This document shows positions 8,839-17,231 of a DNA stretch of 58,765 nt, piece after piece. The notes below the pieces were generated by a model that saw only the letters and a list, made by a program, of their open reading frames with translations, had not been told where the DNA came from and did not search any database. Both the position numbers and the translations under genes were made by a program. This stretch comes from an uncultured Eubacteriales bacterium (GTDB taxonomy: Bacteria > Bacillota > Clostridia > Oscillospirales > Acutalibacteraceae), in the NCBI GenBank assembly GCA_964634675.1, contig CAZWLH010000001.1, positions 1 through 58,765 on the forward strand. The letters are read 5' to 3'. Each line of letters opens with the position of its first letter. Within the stretch, counting starts at the first letter, position 1.

Positions 8839-9846
8839 TTAGCCTGTTATACCGACACGGTCGATACTCTTAACGAACTTCTTCTGAAGTACCAAGTAAA
8901 CAATGAGTATCGGTATGATGAACATAAAGCAGCCTGCCATCATAATGGCAATTCTCAACGGGTCGCTGCCGTCGAGTCTCAAGGTACCCATAGCTTCGGG
9001 CGAGGTGATCTCGCTGAGCTTGACCGCGAGCGGCCAGCTGTCTGCATAGAGGTACATTGACGAAAGTGAATAGTCATTCCAATGCCAAATGAGCGAGAAG
9101 ACCGTTACGGTCGTAATAACAACGCCCGAGGAAGGAAGAGCAATTCTGATGTAGGTCTTGAGCGGGCCCGCACCGTCGATCCAAGCGGCCTCTTCAAGCT
9201 CCTTGGGAAGACCCTTAAAGAACTGAATGTAGATGTAAATGATGATACCCGAACGGATACCGACGCCGAGCACTGCCGGCAGATAGAATGTCCAAACGGA
9301 GTTGAGAACGTTGGGACGTATATCGATTCCGGTGAGCTTATTTATGAGTCCGAGCACGCCTAAGAAGTCGAGCTTTGAGTAGTTCATAAATATCGGCAGC
9401 ATCATCATCTGAGACGGAACGAGGATGAGAAGGAACATAAAGCCCGTCAATATCTTCTTTTCCTTGAACTCAAATCTTGCAAGTCCGTATGCAACAACAG
9501 AGCAGCTTATGATCTGAATACCGGCCGAAACCATTTCGTAAACAAGAGTATTAACGATGGCACTGCCGTATTTCATTATCGACCAGGCATACTTGAAGTT
9601 CTCAACGGTGAGGTCAGAGGTGATCCATACGATAGAGGGGTCATAGAAGGACTCTCTCGATCTGAACGCCGAGCTTATCATATAGAAAAGCGGATAAAGG
9701 ATTATGTATCCAATGGCGATAAGAACAACGTATCTAAGCAACGATACAAACACACTGTTACCCCTGCGGATAGCCTTATATCTTGTCTCGGTGCTTGCGT
9801 TTTTGAAGTTTATGACCCAATTCTTTATCTTAGTGACAATACTCAT
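8839..9846 (-). CDS. Carbohydrate ABC transporter permease (MalG-like)
   Basis: 335 aa, 6 TM, EAA-type loop (KELEEAAWIDGAGPLKTYIRIALP). Confidence 0.9.
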   Translation of the reverse strand: MSIVTKIKNWVINFKNASTETRYKAIRRGNSVFVSLLRYVVLIAIGYIILYPLFYMISSAFRSRESFYDPSIVWITSDLTVENFKYAWSIMKYGSAIVNTLVYEMVSAGIQIISCSVVAYGLARFEFKEKKILTGFMFLLILVPSQMMMLPIFMNYSKLDFLGVLGLINKLTGIDIRPNVLNSVWTFYLPAVLGVGIRSGIIIYIYIQFFKGLPKELEEAAWIDGAGPLKTYIRIALPSSGVVITTVTVFSLIWHWNDYSLSSMYLYADSWPLAVKLSEITSPEAMGTLRLDGSDPLRIAIMMAGCFMFIIPILIVYLVLQKKFVKSIDRVGITG

Positions 9847-10811
9847 CAGCTTCTACCTCCCGTATCCCAACGCTTTAAGAAAGCCTTGGAGATTATAAAC
9901 ATAAGGGCAGCCATGAATACGCCGATTACGATAAAGTAGATCCAAAGCATTGCAGATGCCTTGCCGTAGCTTTCTGCGGCACCCTGCATAAGCGTGTATG
10001 CCTGCGACATAACGATGTTATCCTTAGCAGTTACCAGCTCAACGATGGTGAAGATGATAACAAGGACAAGTGTTCTCGAAAGCATAGGAAGTGTGATGAA
10101 CCAGAACTCTTCCCACTTGGTTGCACCCTCAACCTTGGAAACCTCGTACATTGAGTCGGAGATCGACTGCATACCCGAGATAAAGAGAACTATCTGAATA
10201 CCGCAGTTCCAAATAAGGTTGAAAATGTCATTCAAAAGTCCCGTGAAGAAGGCACCGACCTTTGTCGGCAGAGCGAGCCAGGTCATAATATCCTCGACCT
10301 GGATCATATTTCCGGCAAAGGAGTCGGAAACACCGGAGGAAGAAAGCTCACTCGAGGTGGTCATAAAGAGAATCTGAATAACAACACCCGAAGCGATAAT
10401 AACGGGGAGGAAGTAAAGTCCTCTGAAGAAGATTCTGCCCTTGAACTTTTGGTTGAGCAAAAGTGCAAGAATAAGACTTATGATAACTATAACCGGCAAG
10501 GAGCCTGCCATCGAGCTCAACGATGCGAAAACGTTGTTCTGGAAATCGGCATTTTGGTTCCAAGCATAGTTGAAGTTCTTCAAGCCGGCATACTCAAAGT
10601 GGTATTCACCGCCCGAGAAGCTGACGTCGCAGAAGCCGTAATAGAACGACTGAAAAAGCGGAACCACGAAGAAGAGCAAAAGTCCGATTTCCCAATGGAG
10701 TACGAACAGGCGTCCGTAAGTGCTCTTAAGGGACTCGATACCTTTATGCTTCTTGTGCTTTTTGACGGCATTGGAGGGCGCCGTATTGGTTTTGATCTCA
10801 TCTGCTGTCAT
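9846..10811 (-). CDS. Sugar ABC transporter permease (MalF-like)
   Basis: 321 aa, polytopic, EAA-type loop (YEVSKVEGATKWEEFWFITLP). Confidence 0.9.
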   Translation of the reverse strand: MTADEIKTNTAPSNAVKKHKKHKGIESLKSTYGRLFVLHWEIGLLLFFVVPLFQSFYYGFCDVSFSGGEYHFEYAGLKNFNYAWNQNADFQNNVFASLSSMAGSLPVIVIISLILALLLNQKFKGRIFFRGLYFLPVIIASGVVIQILFMTTSSELSSSGVSDSFAGNMIQVEDIMTWLALPTKVGAFFTGLLNDIFNLIWNCGIQIVLFISGMQSISDSMYEVSKVEGATKWEEFWFITLPMLSRTLVLVIIFTIVELVTAKDNIVMSQAYTLMQGAAESYGKASAMLWIYFIVIGVFMAALMFIISKAFLKRWDTGGRS

Positions 10812-10814
10812 TAC

Positions 10815-13118
10815 TTACACCCCCTTTACCTGATAGCCGCGAGCCGCGACCGTTACATTACCGTCGGTGTAATCGGAGGTTCCGTAGTTAACATATACCG
10901 AAACTCCGTTATCGAAGGTAGTCAATCTTACATTTTCGTTGATGATCTTATGATCGGTTATCTTAGCGCCGCTGACCGAGTCAAAGTAGCTCTTATATCT
11001 GGCAACAGTGGCCTCAATATCGGTACGTACACCCTTTTCAATGGTTTCATTCCAGTAAACCGAGCCGTAGAACACATTCTGTGCGGCGGTGATGAGGTTG
11101 GTATCATACTCACCGACAAGTGTGTAGGTAAGGCCGCTGCCGCTTTCGACTGCCTTCAGAAGGGTCTCGGTCTTGTCGGTCGCAAGGTTGAGCGATGTGC
11201 CCGACATTGAAACGGCACCCTTGAAGACGATCTGATAGAACGGAACGTCGGCTGTTATGAATCTGTACTTTGAAGACTGATTGGGCGTATCATAAACATG
11301 TGTACAAAGTGCCGCCGCATAAGAGTTGGCATCGCTGCCTGCGACCTTATAACCGGAGGTCTTGTAGTTATTGATGATAGCACCGGTCTGATCGTCGGAA
11401 TTGGCTCTCGAGTAATACTGTCTGTCACTGTAATCGGAGTAAGCGATACTCGTCAGCGTGTCAAGGCTGATACCGGGGAGCTTCCAATCCTTAGCGGTCT
11501 CCTTGATATTTGCGGCAACCTCACTGAGCTTTGTGCGCGATACAAGGTAATACTCACGAAGCTTAGTGTCAGGTGTGCGAAGGCTCAACGAGAAATAGTT
11601 GAGCGCAGTGTAGCTTCCGTTAGCCGCATCGGCCTTGCCGAAGGCAGTGGAAACGCCGCCGCCCGATTCGCTGAAGCGAACCATATCAAAGTTGAAATAA
11701 AGGTTTGCGCCGTTTGAATTGCAGTACTTAATAAGTGCCGCAAGGTCGTCCTCATCACCGAATTCACTGTTGATGTCATAATCACCGGCGACGACACCGA
11801 TGTCGTTACCGTTCGAGCCGAAGCCGATGAGATTAACGTTGATGTTGTCAAGTCCGGTTCTGTTCTTGACATCCTCAACAATGGACTTGGCATCCTTAAG
11901 GGTCGTGGCGGCAAGCATCGCGGTGCTCGGAATACCGAAATGGAATTCCTTGGTCTCAATACCGCCGACAAGCTTAAGGTTGAGCAAAGAGTCATTTGAC
12001 TTTTCGGTATTGATGGCGTTGTTCTCGACAAGATAGTCACGGTAGGTCTTCGCCATACCGACATAGCTTGCCTCATCATCATAGAGAGGATAGAAGCCGA
12101 CCTTTATCTCGTCGGGAGTGAAGGCATCGGAGTAAAGCTTGGTCTTGACGATGGTCTGAGTGAAGAGGTTCTGAACGACCTCCTGATAGCCTCTGACTCT
12201 AAACTCGGTGCTGATGTATGAGTAGCCCGTGAGCTTCTGTGCGAGAGCGCCGGTGATGTAAGAATTTTCGGCACCGGATTTAATGATCGCACAAACAGCC
12301 TTGGCGCCGTTGACCGCACCGTAAACCGGCATTCTGACCGTCTCGGTGGGCATCTGATTTTCGAACTGAGTGATGTTGGCATCATGTCCGAAAACGGGAT
12401 CTTCAATGGTGATAGCCGCATCGCGGTTCTCATCCATTATCGGGTTGATAATCGCACCCGAGCCCGAAGGATAGAAGATGTAGTGGTCATCCGAGCTTGT
12501 ATTTGTGTTGGAGACCGAGCAGAAGAACGGAGCAATTATAATGCCGTAGACATTATAAGTTTCGCTTTCCTGTATTCTTGTGGGGTCAACCGAAATGTCA
12601 ACACCCTTGTCGGTCAAGGTAAAGGCAACGGGAACAGTGATCTCACGGTCGGGGAAATAACAGGTCATTTCCAAGCCATTTTCGATCTTTGTGACCGAGA
12701 AAGCCTTTTTGTTGATCGACATAGCCGAAGCGTTGGTCTGATCGGTCAAAAAGTTGGTGGTGTTGTAGTATTTTACGATGATCGGTGACTTGACAAGCGG
12801 ATGAACCGTTGCTGTTTCGCCCTTACCTTCGACCGAATAGTCGTAGGAATTGTTGAGCGACTCCTCGGGGATATAGCTCCACTCAAGGTCTTTTACCTTA
12901 TCGTAAAGGATGACCGTTGTCTTTTCAGCGTTCCAAATAAGACTGTAACGGCTGTTTTCAGCGACACTCGTTGTCTTGAGAACATCAAGCTGCTCAGGCT
13001 TCGAATAAGCCGACTCGGCAGCACGGTTAGGCTCGCCGCATCCCACTCCCAAAAGGAGGAGTGCTGAGCAAAGCAGTAAGCAAAGTGCCGATGAAATAAC
13101 GCGTTTTACTTTATTCAT
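10815..13118 (-). CDS. Large secreted lipoprotein of unknown function (possibly DUF5696-type)
   Basis: 767 aa with signal peptide and lipobox (LLLLGVGC-GE). No catalytic motif recognised. The DUF5696 suggestion is from memory of similar clusters and is not verified. Confidence 0.7.
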   Translation of the reverse strand: MNKVKRVISSALCLLLCSALLLLGVGCGEPNRAAESAYSKPEQLDVLKTTSVAENSRYSLIWNAEKTTVILYDKVKDLEWSYIPEESLNNSYDYSVEGKGETATVHPLVKSPIIVKYYNTTNFLTDQTNASAMSINKKAFSVTKIENGLEMTCYFPDREITVPVAFTLTDKGVDISVDPTRIQESETYNVYGIIIAPFFCSVSNTNTSSDDHYIFYPSGSGAIINPIMDENRDAAITIEDPVFGHDANITQFENQMPTETVRMPVYGAVNGAKAVCAIIKSGAENSYITGALAQKLTGYSYISTEFRVRGYQEVVQNLFTQTIVKTKLYSDAFTPDEIKVGFYPLYDDEASYVGMAKTYRDYLVENNAINTEKSNDSLLNLKLVGGIETKEFHFGIPSTAMLAATTLKDAKSIVEDVKNRTGLDNINVNLIGFGSNGNDIGVVAGDYDINSEFGDEDDLAALIKYCNSNGANLYFNFDMVRFSESGGGVSTAFGKADAANGSYTALNYFSLSLRTPDTKLREYYLVSRTKLSEVAANIKETAKDWKLPGISLDTLTSIAYSDYSDRQYYSRANSDDQTGAIINNYKTSGYKVAGSDANSYAAALCTHVYDTPNQSSKYRFITADVPFYQIVFKGAVSMSGTSLNLATDKTETLLKAVESGSGLTYTLVGEYDTNLITAAQNVFYGSVYWNETIEKGVRTDIEATVARYKSYFDSVSGAKITDHKIINENVRLTTFDNGVSVYVNYGTSDYTDGNVTVAARGYQVKGV

Positions 13119-13133
13119 AATTCTCCTCCTTTA

Positions 13134-15311
13134 TCAGAATAGTTTAAGAATTTCGGAATAGATAGTTGCGATGAATCCGCCGAGCTGCTGGAGCAGAATT
13201 CCGACTGCTATGAGCAGGAAGAGTATGACGGCACAACCCAAAAGTGTGAGCAAGGTGGTTCCGATGAACTTACCGAGCGTGTAATCGTGAACGATCATCG
13301 AGCCGGCGGCCAACATAATGACCGTGTACATTGTACAGATGGTAAGGAGAACCGACAGGAATGCGGCCTCATCGGGAACAAGAATGTTGGTGCAGACGAT
13401 GTAAACGACACTGCCCAAAAGTGACGGTATAAGGCTGTAGCTTATAACGGTGAGAATCTCTTTGATCTTACCCTTTCCGCCGAAGAGCGTACAAACAGCC
13501 CAGTTAGAAAGAGTCCAAAGAATGACGAGACCGGCCGTCTTGACAAGGATGAGCAATGCGTTATAGCTCGAAGGATCGAAGTAGGTGAACGCAAAGCCGC
13601 CCCAGGTCGTTTCGAGAACGTCGAAGACATAGTAAAGGAGAATAATCACAAGGCAAATGGGCACCGAGCAAAGATTCTTTTCCTTGATATCGTGGAAATT
13701 CTCGAACGGATGAGTGAGCATCGTTGTTGCCGCATGAAGCTTATCGTTCTTGACAAATCTCATCTTATGCTTGGTCGAGTAAACAAGCAACACAATAAGC
13801 CCGGCAATAAGGAGCACTGCGATGAGCAATACCCAGGTGAAGTTTTCACGCAACCACTCGGTTCTTATACTGTCGAAGGCGAGAGCATAGGTCTCACGGT
13901 CATAGCCCTGTTCCGCAAGCTCCAAAGCCTTTCTGATGTACTTCTCACCGAGAACGGGATCATCGTTGGTCTGACCCATAACGTAATAAGCCTTAGCAAG
14001 TCCGGCATAAGCGAACTGACAGTTACTGTCGGCACCGAGAACCTCTTCCCACTCTGCAACGGCATCTTCATAGTCACCGACCAAGGTCTTTGACTGAGCC
14101 GACTTAATGAGCTTACCGTGCTCGGTAATGTTGAAAACGGTGAGGGTCTGCTGGCTGTTATCGGTAACCGCAACTGCCTGAGTAAGCTTGTTATAGCTTA
14201 TCGAGCTGGGGTTATAGAAGGTACCGACCTGGTTACCGCCCTTAAGACCGCCGCCGAAGGCGGAAAGCATATTGCAGTCGTTATCATAGATATAAACACG
14301 GCCGTAATATGAGTCGATGATGTACATAAAACCGTCATCATCGGCCGCAATGCCTATAAAGTTCTGGACACGTGCGCTCTTATTTACGGGATCAAGTCCT
14401 ATCTCTTCCTCATCGAAAGAGACATCCTCGGAATCGAGAATATTGCTTCCGCCGGGATTAAGGCGCTTGACCTGCCCTTTTTGGAGAGCACTACCGGTAA
14501 CGGTATAAACGAAGCCTTCGGAATCGACCCAAAGGTCATTGAAGGTGTAAGGCAAGGAACGGGTCATCTCGGCACGCTTTTCATTATTCATAAAAAGTCG
14601 GTTCCAAAGAGCGACCAACGCCTCGGTCACGGTCTGAGCAACGTCGTTCGAGCCGTAGAAGCCGAGGAAAACATCATCAGGCGAATAAAGGATAGCGCCG
14701 TAGTAAGAACCGTTGCTGAGGATATAAACATAACCCTTATGGTCAACGGCAACCTTGATAGGCTGATACTTGAAATCGGTGGGGATAACGTGCGAATCGG
14801 GAAGAGTATAAACTCTTATGAGCTTGCCCTCTGCATCGCACTTGAGAACACGCGCGTTTTGAGTATCGGCAATGAAAACATTTTCGTACTCGTCAACGAA
14901 GATACCCTTTGCTTTGTTGAAGTAGTATCTTACGTCGTTTTCACCGGTGACATAAGAAAATCCGCCGATATTGTTGTAATCCTTATCGAGAATAATAACT
15001 CTCGAAGCACCGCCGTCCAAAACATAGGTGTAACCGGTCACATTGGACACGTGGGTATCCTCAATGGTGGAGGCCGCGGTGCAGCCGAGATCCTGCGAGG
15101 TGAAAACCTTGCCGACCTCGTACATCGGCTTTGTGGGAACTACACGGCGTGTCTGACCGGTGAAGTTTTCCCAAAAGGTGTAAGACTCATAACCGATCTC
15201 ATCGGTCTTTTCGGAAACGGCGGCGACCGACTTTCCCGAAAGAAGCATGAGAACTGCCAAGGTGCAAACGGCAATTCGGGTAAGGAGTCTGCGAATTTTA
15301 ACGTTTTTCAT
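13134..15311 (-). CDS. Signal peptide + six NHL-like beta-propeller blades + TPR + C-terminal Yip1-like 5-TM domain fusion protein
   Basis: Start set at ATG 15311 (MKNVKIRRLL, GGAGG 8 nt upstream). Repeated blade motifs include VFIADTQNARVLK, GYVYILSNGSYYG, GFVYTVTGS, GFMYIIDSYYGRVYIYD and VAVTDNSQQTLTVF. A TPR-like segment (GDYEDAVAEWEEVL...AYAGLAKAYYVMG) follows, then six hydrophobic helices. Confidence 0.7.
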   Translation of the reverse strand: MKNVKIRRLLTRIAVCTLAVLMLLSGKSVAAVSEKTDEIGYESYTFWENFTGQTRRVVPTKPMYEVGKVFTSQDLGCTAASTIEDTHVSNVTGYTYVLDGGASRVIILDKDYNNIGGFSYVTGENDVRYYFNKAKGIFVDEYENVFIADTQNARVLKCDAEGKLIRVYTLPDSHVIPTDFKYQPIKVAVDHKGYVYILSNGSYYGAILYSPDDVFLGFYGSNDVAQTVTEALVALWNRLFMNNEKRAEMTRSLPYTFNDLWVDSEGFVYTVTGSALQKGQVKRLNPGGSNILDSEDVSFDEEEIGLDPVNKSARVQNFIGIAADDDGFMYIIDSYYGRVYIYDNDCNMLSAFGGGLKGGNQVGTFYNPSSISYNKLTQAVAVTDNSQQTLTVFNITEHGKLIKSAQSKTLVGDYEDAVAEWEEVLGADSNCQFAYAGLAKAYYVMGQTNDDPVLGEKYIRKALELAEQGYDRETYALAFDSIRTEWLRENFTWVLLIAVLLIAGLIVLLVYSTKHKMRFVKNDKLHAATTMLTHPFENFHDIKEKNLCSVPICLVIILLYYVFDVLETTWGGFAFTYFDPSSYNALLILVKTAGLVILWTLSNWAVCTLFGGKGKIKEILTVISYSLIPSLLGSVVYIVCTNILVPDEAAFLSVLLTICTMYTVIMLAAGSMIVHDYTLGKFIGTTLLTLLGCAVILFLLIAVGILLQQLGGFIATIYSEILKLF

Positions 15312-15324
15312 TATTCGTTCCTCC

Positions 15325-16281
15325 TTATTCCTTAATACCGGCACTGCTCATGGATTCCATAACGTTGCTCTGCGAAATCATATAAACAACGATAGGCGGA
15401 ATCATAAGAATACAGGTAACAGCCATTGCACTACCCGAACGGGCGATACCGCCTGCGGTGATCTGTCCCATAATGGTAGGCAGCGTTTTGAGAGCCTCGC
15501 TGAAAATCGTACCGCCGGGAACTGCAGCCCAAACATCACGGAAGGTGAAAAGGACAAGTGTCAGCCACATCGGCTTGACGATCGGCATAACGATTCTCCA
15601 GAAAATTCTGAAATATCCGGCACCGTCGATCTTTGCGGCTTCAAGCAGTGCGTTGGGGAGAGCTCCCTCCATATACTGCTTCATAAGGAAGACGCCCATG
15701 GTCGAAGCGAAGTGCGGCAGGATATATACCCAATATGTATCGATAATGTTGATACCAGTATATATAATGTAACGAGGAATATCAAGTGTATATCCGTTAA
15801 AGAGAAGCGAGAACTGAATAATGTAGAAAATGGTTTTCTTGAACTTGATGTTCGACTTGCAGAGAACGAAGGCGGCCATCGAAGCAATGACAACATAGAG
15901 GAAGGTCGTTGTCAAGGTCGTGAACAAGCTGTTGAAAACGTATCTCGAAAGCGGAATACGAAGGTTGGACAAAAGCTCGGGCAATGCCGCATAGTTGGCA
16001 AGAGTCGGACGGTGAACGAAGAAGCGCGGCGGGAAGATCATAATTTCATCCAACGGCTTCAAGGATGTACAAATCGAATAGATAAGCGGCAGGATCGAAA
16101 TACAGCCTGCGGCTATGATAAAGAAGAAGTAGAAGAAGTTGCCGACCTTAGAGCGTGTATAACGCTTGGCCTCGGACTTGGACGAACGTCTGCGCTTGGG
16201 CGCTTTCATATCGTTGACCGAGTCGCGCAGTGCCTTGGCACCGCTCGGCAAAATCAGCTCTTCCTGTTTTTTTCTGAACAT
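15325..16281 (-). CDS. Carbohydrate ABC transporter permease (MalG-like)
   Basis: 318 aa, EAA loop (LLEAAKIDGAGYFRIFWRIVMP). Confidence 0.9.
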   Translation of the reverse strand: MFRKKQEELILPSGAKALRDSVNDMKAPKRRRSSKSEAKRYTRSKVGNFFYFFFIIAAGCISILPLIYSICTSLKPLDEIMIFPPRFFVHRPTLANYAALPELLSNLRIPLSRYVFNSLFTTLTTTFLYVVIASMAAFVLCKSNIKFKKTIFYIIQFSLLFNGYTLDIPRYIIYTGINIIDTYWVYILPHFASTMGVFLMKQYMEGALPNALLEAAKIDGAGYFRIFWRIVMPIVKPMWLTLVLFTFRDVWAAVPGGTIFSEALKTLPTIMGQITAGGIARSGSAMAVTCILMIPPIVVYMISQSNVMESMSSAGIKE

Positions 16282-16296
16282 TGACTTCCCACCTCC

Positions 16297-17214
16297 TTAC
16301 TTTCCTGTCATATTGAGCAGCTTACCGATGAGCAATCGGAAGACGACCATCATCAGGAACAGAATGACCGCAACAGCCGAAGCGTATCCGAGCTCATAAC
16401 GTACCGTACCGAGATCCTGCATATGAGATACTATCGTATCGGCCGCATAGCTGACACTCGGGAAACCGGCAAGCTGAATGGCGATCGCACTTATCGAAAA
16501 TGCACTCGAAATCTGCATGACCGCACTGAAAAGAAGCATATGCTTCATGGTCGGGAGGGTTATGTACCAAAGCTCCTGCCAACGGTTTCTGATACCGTCG
16601 ATAGAGCCGGCCTCATAAAGCTCCTGATTGATATTCTGAAGACCGGAAATGTTGGAAAGGAACGAAACACCCATACTCGACCAAAGCTGAACTGCAATGA
16701 CGATCGGCTTGATGTACTCGGCGGTCGAGAGCCATGTGACAGGCTCGGTGATAAGTCCGAGAGAAAGAAGCGCACTGTTAACGTAGCCGTAGCTATCGCT
16801 CGAGAAAGCGACCTGCCAAATGAAATATGCATTACCGACAAGGGCCGGAGCATAGAACATAAAGGAAAGCAGTGTACGGACAAGGGGTGAAAATTCGTTG
16901 ATGAACCATGCCAAAACGAAGGACATAAAGAATCCGACAGGTCCGCAGATTATAGCGAAGAGCATAGTGTTCTTGAAGACGACGGGGAAAACGTCGTCAT
17001 CAAGGAACATTCTTAGGTAGTTACCGAGTCCCGCAAAGGTCGGTGTGTTGATCATATCGAAGTTCGTAAAGCTCAGAACTATTGAAGAGAGAATGGGCAA
17101 TACGAGGAATATGACGAAGAAAATGAAGAACGGAGCAAGCATAATGTAGGACGGAAGCTGTTCCTGGAGCATTGCTTTGCGTCGGATCTTTTTATAATTT
17201 ATCTGATTTTCCAT
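16297..17214 (-). CDS. Sugar ABC transporter permease (MalF-like)
   Basis: 305 aa, EAA loop (LYEAGSIDGIRNRWQELWYITLP). Confidence 0.9.
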   Translation of the reverse strand: MENQINYKKIRRKAMLQEQLPSYIMLAPFFIFFVIFLVLPILSSIVLSFTNFDMINTPTFAGLGNYLRMFLDDDVFPVVFKNTMLFAIICGPVGFFMSFVLAWFINEFSPLVRTLLSFMFYAPALVGNAYFIWQVAFSSDSYGYVNSALLSLGLITEPVTWLSTAEYIKPIVIAVQLWSSMGVSFLSNISGLQNINQELYEAGSIDGIRNRWQELWYITLPTMKHMLLFSAVMQISSAFSISAIAIQLAGFPSVSYAADTIVSHMQDLGTVRYELGYASAVAVILFLMMVVFRLLIGKLLNMTGK

Positions 17215-17231
17215 TATTACTCTCTCCCTCC

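Noticed and set aside
15247-16284. Long antisense ORFs: 345 aa here, and also 69-926(+), 1367-1972(+), 10449-11210(+), 14481-15335(+), 17940-18734(+), 19608-20396(+), 24539-25228(+), 25370-26092(+), 26695-27657(+) and 34541-35314(+).
   Set aside because: Each lies entirely opposite a gene with clear family motifs, has a low-complexity or odd composition (R/G/C-rich) and lacks an RBS. These are shadow ORFs typical of ~50% GC coding regions.
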